In this document: positions 55,960 through 64,000 of the stretch, piece after piece | How the letters are laid out: every line of letters begins with the position of its first letter | Position numbering within the stretch: position 1 is the first letter of the stretch | Assembly: GCF_009914755.1 (NCBI RefSeq) | Contig: NC_060933.1 | Strand: one strand, 5' to 3' | Source of the DNA: the human T2T-CHM13v2.0 reference genome, Homo sapiens | Length of the DNA stretch: 64,000 nucleotides | The notes under the pieces: model-generated | The model's input: the letters and a program-made list of their open reading frames with translations, nothing else | Told to the model about the DNA's origin: nothing | Database searches by the model: none | Program-made: the position numbers and the translations under genes

Positions 55960-56470
55960 TTTTCTAAAAAGTATTTATTATGGAAAATTTCAGATGCACA
56001 CAAAACTAGAAAGAATAGCATAATAAACCACCATGTACCCAGCTACAGCATGTATTAACCCATAGACACGTTTATTTTATCTGTATCTTCATGCATTCTC
56101 CACGCCCCACTCTTCATACATAAAGGATCATTTTGAATCAAATCCCACATCTCACATCATTTCACTTGTAAATATTTCAGTAGGTAGCTCTGAAAGATAA
56201 AAATTAAAAACATACAATGCCATACGTGCATCTACAAAATTAAATAATTTATTAGTATAATCCCATCCACTGTTTAGATTTCTCTGATTTTATTATAATT
56301 TTTAAAAATGGTTGGTTTGTTGCAATCAAGATGCAAGCAAAATCCACGTATGGGGTTTGGTTAATATGTCTCTTTAGTCTTTTTTAGTCTAAAGGCTTCT
56401 TCTCTCGCTTATTTTCTTCCTCTTGCCATTTATTTGTTGTTGTGTTTTCACTTGCGATTATTGTCCTATA
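55960..56470 (-). mobile_element. L1MC-like 3'UTR fragment
   Basis: TTATTATGGAAAATTTC, TAAATATTTCAGTA, TTTGGTTAATATGTCTCTT. Confidence 0.55.
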
Positions 56471-56824
56471 TCTAGAGTTAGCCACATTCTAGGGTTTGCC
56501 AGTTGCAACCTTGGGATGTCATTCTACCCAGAGGCTGATTCTTTGGTGCCTTTGTTCCAGTGTAGACATGCAGCATGCAAGCAGGAGGGGGCTCAATGAA
56601 AGAGCAGTAGGTCATCTTTTCCAACCTTGCCACATCAGTGCCCTGACCAGCCACACCACTAAAGTGCTCTGGTGAATTTCTTTTCCAACACCCTAATGCT
56701 GAGGCTTTCCAGCCATCCACCCATCCATCCATCACTCATTTCCTTGGCCATCCACCACCCATTAAATGTGAGGATACTATGGCCCAGGCACTGAGCCTAG
56801 TGCTGAGGATACAGGGCTGAATCA

Positions 56825-57436
<612 letters not shown>

Positions 57437-58107
57437 CTAGGGAAAGCAGAGTCTGTGGGAGGAACAGCCAGTGTTTCAGGATGGCTAAAGCAGAGGTTGT
57501 GAAGGGCAGGGACGACTTTAGACCTTAGAGGCCCCAGGCACTGTTATTTTCCAAGGCCCCACCCCCACACTATACCATGCTTATTAAAATTCACCCACAT
57601 CACACAGGAAATATGAGTTATATATGGCTACCTAAGGTTGAGGCCAGTTGCAAAGACAATTGACATGTTACATTTTGTAGACATTTAATTACATATTTAT
57701 CAATTACAACTTGACGGCTTTCTTGTTTTATCAGTTTTGGAGGATGTACATAAATATATAGAATGAGAGTCTCAAAACTAATCTTGTAGCTACGCCTGTG
57801 ATGGGCTAATTGATGAATCAGTGCTGGAGAATGGGTCACAGTGGCAAATGAGGCTGGAGAGGCCCGTGAGCTGCTGTCCCAGAGGGCCTGGGATGTCCTG
57901 CAGGGAGCTTGGCATGAGAAACCTTGGAGAGTTTTAAGCAAGGGCTGATGTGGGCTGCCTAGAAAGGCATGGATGAGAGAAGCCTGGAGACAGGGATCCC
58001 AGGGAAACGCCCATGCAATTAGTCTATTTCTGCTGCAAGTAAGCATGCATTTGTAGGCTTGATGCTTTTTTTCTGCTTCTCCAGCCCTGGCCTGGGTCAA
58101 TCCTTGG

Positions 58108-58130
58108 GGCCCAGACTGAGCACGTGATGG
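58108..58130 (+). other. HEK293 site 3 (HEK3) SpCas9 protospacer + TGG PAM, unedited; locus landmark (chr9q31.2, LINC01509 region from memory)
   Basis: Exact GGCCCAGACTGAGCACGTGA TGG. Commonly used primer sites ATGTGGGCTGCCTAGAAAGG (57948-57967) and GGTTGACAAGTTTGGCTGGG (58225-58244), and the +90 nicking-guide site GTCAACCAGTATCCCGGTGC (minus strand, 58212-58231, AGG PAM), are also present. Confidence 0.97.
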
Positions 58131-58399
58131 CAGAGGAAAGGAAGCCCTGCTTCCTCCAGAGGGCGTCGCAGGACAGCTTTTCCTAGACAGGGGCTAGTAT
58201 GTGCAGCTCCTGCACCGGGATACTGGTTGACAAGTTTGGCTGGGCTGGAAGCCAGCACCTAGGGAGGTCCCTGGAAGGGGCCAGCCTCACCAGGAGAGGA
58301 GGGACCTGGCCCTTCAGGGTCGAGCTCAACAGAGGAAAAGATCTCAGGGCACCCAGAGCCCAGTGGCTTTCAGCACCTGCATGAAAATCAGAGATCAAC

Positions 58400-58760
58400 C
58401 AGATTACCCCATATTGCCCAAGAGAAAACTGAGGCCAGAAAGTGATGGAGCTTGCCCAGGACCCCAGAGGGTGTTAGAGGCAGGCCAGAACCAGAGGACA
58501 GCTCTGTCCCAGCACTTGCCCTCCTTTAATTAGGTGGGTGGTCATATCGCAGTGGTCAGAGACATTGCAAACAATAATAATAAATATTGAGCACTTGTTA
58601 CACGCAGGGCACTATGCTAAGCACCTTGTATTTGTTATGTCCTTTCATCCTAGCAACTTCTCTGGAAGTGGAGTAATATCTCCCCCATGTCCTACATAAG
58701 ACAATGGATACACTGGAGGGTTAAAGCCATGCCTTGCCTAAAGTTACACAGCTGTGCTTA
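58400..58760 (-). mobile_element. MIR fragments
   Basis: GAGAAAACTGAGGCC...CTTGCCCAGG; TATTGAGCACTTG...TGCCTAAAGTTACACAGC. Confidence 0.6.
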
Positions 58761-59102
58761 ACAGCTGGAAAACCCCAAAGGGTCCCTCTGACTCAGCCCC
58801 TGTGTGCTCAGTTTTAATTTTGGGAGGGAAATAACAATGCCACCTTATAATACTTTCTAAGAATGAGAATTTTGTTCAGTGAAGTGGCCTTCTAGAGCTG
58901 GAAAATGAATTCATATACTCTTCATATTTTTAACAAGGATGTCGTAGTTAATTGATCCGTAGCCAGGAAGTTAGATTAACCAGGACACTTCTGGCCCCAA
59001 GCACTCTAGCTAGTTGATTAATGGAGACATTGCCATGCCAGCTAAGTGGCTTTGGAGTGCAAAATAGGATGAATTGCTCTTAGCAGAGACCTAAATCCTA
59101 AA

Positions 59103-59173
59103 CTCAAATCCTCACATTTGGGCAGGTGATCAATGCTTAGGGAGCATCTCCTGCCCAAATGCGAGGATTTGAG
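59103..59173. other. Near-perfect inverted repeat / hairpin (24-bp arms, 1 mismatch)
   Basis: CTCAAATCCTCACATTTGGGCAGG ... CCTGCCCAAATGCGAGGATTTGAG. Confidence 0.9.
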
Positions 59174-59730
59174 AGGGACAGTCGCCTATACAGGTTCACA
59201 GAACTGACTGGCAGGACCAAGACGAGTCCTCTTGTATCCGAAGCCCAAACCCTTAATCTTGAAGCTCAGTAGCAAACCAACAAAAGACTGTTGCAGTCAG
59301 GCGTACGCCACGTTTACTTTTCCATTGCCAGGACTGGTAAGCCGAAAAGGCACCACAGAGGATCCATGAGAACGGGTACGTAAAGCATACAGATTAGAAT
59401 TTTGGCTTTGTCACAAAGGCACTTGAAGGAGTCAACCCCTTGGAGGAGACTTTCAACATTCATTCAACAAATATTTACTATGAGCACTGGGGAGCCCACA
59501 GTGAACAGGATGTTCAAGGCCTGGGCTCTCAAGGATTTTACATTCTAAGGACGAAGAAAGTGGGGCTGGGTGGGGACGGGGAGAGACAAGAAATATAAAG
59601 AGACTGTTAAGTGCTATTAGGGCAATAAAACTGGATAATATGACAAAACAGGGATGGAGTGGGACTGTTTAGTTAGTAGCCAGGTATGAGAAATTTGAGT
59701 TGAGATCTGCATGATACGAAAGAAGGAAGC

Positions 59731-60043
59731 TGGTTGGGTGCAGTGGCTCATGCCTACAACCCTAACACTTTGGGAGAACGAAGCAGGTGGCTCACTTGAG
59801 CTCAAGAGTTTGAGACCAGCCTGGGCAACATGGCAATATCCTGTCCCTACAAAAAAATACAAAAAAATAGCTGGGCGTGGTGGCAGGTACCCATAGTCGC
59901 AGCTACTCAGGAGGCTGAGGTGGGAGGATCACCTGAGCATGGGGATTCGAGGCTGCAGTGAGCCATGATTGCACCACTGCACTTCCAGCTTGGGCAACAG
60001 AGTGAGACCATGTCTCACAAAAAAGGAAAGAAAGAAAAAAGAA
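59731..60043 (+). mobile_element. AluJ within L2
   Basis: J-type dimer; L2 3' end CATTCATTCAACAAATATTTA at ~59457. Confidence 0.92.
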
Positions 60044-60139
60044 AGTCATGCTGAAAGAAAAGCATTGCGCGCAGAGAGAAAAACAACTGCAAAGGCCCTG
60101 AGGCAGGAATGAAGCCTGGCCCATTGGAGAACGTCTGGA

Positions 60140-60256
60140 ATAGCTCTGTCTAACAAATACAGTGTGAGTCATGGGCATCATTTTAAATTTTCTAGCAGCA
60201 CATTTTAAAAACAAAAAGAAACTGGTAAAATTAATTTTAATATGTTTAATTTTTTA

Positions 60257-60287
<31 letters not shown>

Positions 60288-60735
60288 TTTTGAGACGGAG
60301 TCTTGCTTTGTTGCCCAGGCTGGAGTACAGTGGCATGATCTGGGCTCACTGCAACCTCCGCCTCCCAGGTTCAAGTGATTCTCCTGCCTCAGCCTCCTGA
60401 GTAGCTGGGATTACAGGCGTGCGCCACCACGCCCAGCACATTTTTGCCTTTTTAATAGAGACGGGGTTTCACCATTTTGGCCAGACTGGTCTCGAACTCC
60501 TGACCTCAGGTGATCCACCCGCCTCAGCCTCCCAAAGTGCTGGGATTACAAGCGTGAGTAACCACACCCGGCCTGATTTTATTATGTTTTATTAAGCCAA
60601 GAGACAAAAAAAAAAATTAATGACATTTACCTTTTTTTGTTTCCTACTAAATCTTCAAAGTCTGGTGTGGGTAGGAGCACATTTCAAGCGCTCAGTGGCC
60701 ACATGCAGGTACCTAGTGGCTAGCATTGGGCAGGC
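60140..60735. mobile_element. MER33/MER3-like hAT-Charlie element split by an Alu
   Basis: TTTTAAATTTTCTAGCAGCACATT...CACATTTCAAGCGCTCAGTGGCCACATG. Confidence 0.65.
60248..60574 (-). mobile_element. AluSx-like with (TTA)n tail
   Basis: Reverse dimer. Confidence 0.95.
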
Positions 60736-60829
60736 CAGTGTGGGTGGTCCTAGGAGCCTTGGGAGGGTTTTAAGTCAGGGGTCAGAACTAATGGATTCTA
60801 ATGATTCAGAACATCCCAGCTAGTTCTTG

Positions 60830-61530
60830 GAATCTCAGAGGCGAAAGCTCTCCTTGTACTCTTTGGCGACGCTGCCTCCTGGCGCAGGTCGCTGCACACA
60901 GAAGGGAAAGCCCCCAGCTCTCCTTCCCGGCGGAGGCTTCTTCCCTCCCCCCAGAGTCTGGTTCAGAGGAAGCCAACGCCTGTGCACGTGGGAAAGCAGC
61001 GTGGCTGGCCCTGGGCCTGGAGCCACCTCCCGGGCCCACTCTGCCAGGCCCCATTCTAGATGCCAGCAGGCCGGCCCCGCCCCTTGGACACGGTTTTGGT
61101 TTTCGGGTGCAAACAGTCTACATTCCTCTGAAGAGGCCCGCTCCGGCCTCATCAGAGCTGGCGAAATCAACGAGAGAAACAGGGGACGTCGGCCCGCAGT
61201 TCCCGCGAGCGCCACGAGGGGCGCACGCAGATGAGGCTCGCAGCGTTGGCTGCCGCTGAAGCTCCTGGAAGTCCCCCTTGTCCTCTTCCCCGTGGAGACC
61301 CCAGGCGTACCACCACGATGTTCCTTCCACCAGCCTCACCCTGAACCCAGTAAACTCTCCCTCGAGCGATGACTTAGGTTCTCCAGGGTCCCAGGCCTTG
61401 TGGGAAAGTGCCCGCAGAGCAGGCCAGAGACAAAGGAAAGAGCGGGTAGCTGAGACTCGGGAAGCCCATCCGCTTGATATGGGGATAGGTGGAGACTACG
61501 GTGAATCCAAAGTCTGTGGGTTCCGAGACT
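60830..61530. promoter_or_regulatory. CpG/GC-rich island-like segment (candidate promoter/enhancer)
   Basis: Non-repetitive, with many intact CpGs relative to the flanks; CACGTG E-box (~60985), GC box GGCCCCGCCCC (~61073-61083), TTCCCGCG E2F-like motif (~61200). Confidence 0.65.
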
Positions 61531-61937
61531 GGAGCCAGGAACAAAAAAAGATTCCACTGTTCGGATGTTTTCATCCCTGAGGCTGAAATAACAGCTGAGG
61601 CCTGACTACTCACGTGGTGTCTGTGGCCAGAATAGGACCCACATAATAATGGCTTAGCTCAGGGAAGGGACTTTCTCATTCCATGGCGCAATACCGTCAT
61701 AAAGGCAACAACAATGGACGCCTCGCCTCTGCCCTCTCCATATTTCTGTGCTTTCCAATGGCATCCCCAAAACAGTGTGACAACGCTTCACTACTGGAGG
61801 ACCCTGGAGGGACCTAGAGTTGGCCGATTGCTAGAGGAGTAAGAGATTGGCCCAGATGGTTCCTCACCTGTTAGTTCACCCTCCCTCAGCCACTTGTTAG
61901 CAAGAGAAGGCTGTTTGGGGTGGGCTTTCTGGTAGGG

Positions 61938-62017
61938 AGGGGGTCATACTCATCTTTCTAGAAAAACTATCCCTGGAAGGGGGTCATACTCATCTTTCTA
62001 GGAAAACTATCCCTGGA
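61938..62017 (+). repeat. Tandem duplication, 2 x 40 bp
   Basis: AGGGGGTCATACTCATCTTTCTAG(A/G)AAAACTATCCCTGGA twice, one substitution. Confidence 0.95.
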
Positions 62018-62211
62018 TTGTGTTTGACAACGCTTTTGCAAGAAAGCATCCAGCTTGAGGAGTAGCTTACCTCAAACAGCCCTAATGATATGGCACAGCC
62101 AGCTCACCAAGGAATGTACAAGCTGCATTTCCAAAGCTGCAAGACGAAACCAAATGACTACGTATGCCCTGGACAGAGTACGATTAGGAGGATATGAAGA
62201 AAGCAAGCCTT

Positions 62212-62500
62212 GGCCAGTCGCGGTTGCTCGTGCCTGTAATCTCAGCGCTTTGGGAGGCCGAGGCAGGGGGATCATTTGAGGTTAGGAGTTCGAGACCAGC
62301 CTGGTCAACACGGTGGAACCCCGTCTCTATTAAAAATACAAAAACTAGCCAGGCGAGATGGTGCACGCCCGTAATCCCAGCTGCTCCAGAGGCTGAAGCA
62401 AGAGAATAGCTTGAACTTGGGAGCCAAGATCGTGCCACTGCACTCCAGCCTGGGCGACAAAGTGAGACTCCATCTCAAAAGAAAAAACAAAGGAAAAAAG
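62212..62500 (+). mobile_element. AluS with ~20-bp right-arm deletion
   Basis: TSD AAGAAAGCAAGYCTT. Confidence 0.92.
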
Positions 62501-62576
62501 AAAGCAAGTCTTGGTTTGAGAAGAGCACGTTGACGAGGTGGGTCATAAACAGGAAAAGTCAAAGAAAAAGAAAACA

Positions 62577-62885
62577 GTCTGGGTGGGGCACAGTTGCTCA
62601 TGCCTGTAATCCCAGCACTTTGGGAGGCCGAGGTGGGCAGATCACCTGAAGCCAGGAGTTTGAGACCAGTCTGCCCAGCGTGACAAAACTCCGTCTCTAC
62701 TAAAAATACAAAAATTAGCTGGGTGTGGTGGTGCACACCTGAAGTCCCAGCTACTGGGGAGGCTGAGGTGGGAGGATCACCTGAGCCCAAGGAGGTCAAG
62801 GCTGCAGTGAGCCATGATCACGCCACTGCACTCCAGCCTGGGCAACAGAGTGACACGCTGTCTCAAAGAAAATAAATAAATAAAG
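62577..62885 (+). mobile_element. AluJb-like
   Basis: J-type right arm. Confidence 0.9.
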
Positions 62886-63059
62886 AAGACAGTGTGGAAG
62901 GGGCCTGAGAAAAGTGTAGGATTTGGAAACGGAAGGAAGAAGAGAAGAGTGTGACCTCTTATTAAGTGCCTTCTGTACCTCCAATGGACCATAGCCTCTA
63001 CTAAAAAGTACTTGCATGTACTTTGAATGTATTTAGTCCTCATAGTAACCTTCTGAGGG

Positions 63060-64000
<941 letters not shown>

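Noticed and set aside
58081-58250. Possible engineered edit or insert (attB, loxP, tag, CTT) at HEK3
   Set aside because: The sequence across the cut site reads as the wild-type amplicon I recall
61209-61226. CTCF-like GCGCCACGAGGGGCGCAC
   Set aside because: One base short in the core spacing relative to CCASYAGRKGGC
60801-61259. Overlapping 126-152-aa ORFs on both strands
   Set aside because: Expected from stop-codon depletion in GC-rich DNA; Pro/Ala/Arg-rich with no homology I recognise
62577-62885. Apparent S/J chimeric Alu
   Set aside because: Compatible with an ordinary AluJb consensus

Overview
This is human (primate) non-coding DNA rich in repeats. It is anchored by an exact, unedited match to the CRISPR benchmark target HEK293 site 3 (HEK3; GGCCCAGACTGAGCACGTGA-TGG at 58108-58130), together with its usual amplicon primer sites and +90 nicking-guide site. 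From memory this places the window at chr9q31.2 (LINC01509 region, between RAD23B and KLF4); I could not verify that by alignment. I see no credible protein-coding gene: the longer ORFs are Alu-derived and the rest are short frames with no recognisable protein. About 64 Alu elements or fragments (roughly 1 per kb) sit among L1M, L2, L3, MIR, LTR (MER21, MST, MLT1) and DNA-transposon relics. A CpG/GC-rich promoter- or enhancer-like segment lies at ~60830-61530. The most unusual structures are four local templated duplications. Two are near-identical ~165-bp copies within 4 kb of each other: one inverted and flanked by a 14-bp target duplication, one inserted inside an Alu. Other features of note are a 71-nt near-perfect hairpin 1 kb from HEK3, a mosaic Alu with intact TSDs, nested and same-site Alu insertions, and a degenerate telomere-like tract. 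I found no convincing new gene system; the best 'undescribed' candidates are the templated-insertion cluster and the hairpin. Repeat boundaries are approximate and family names are recalled from consensus sequences, not computed.
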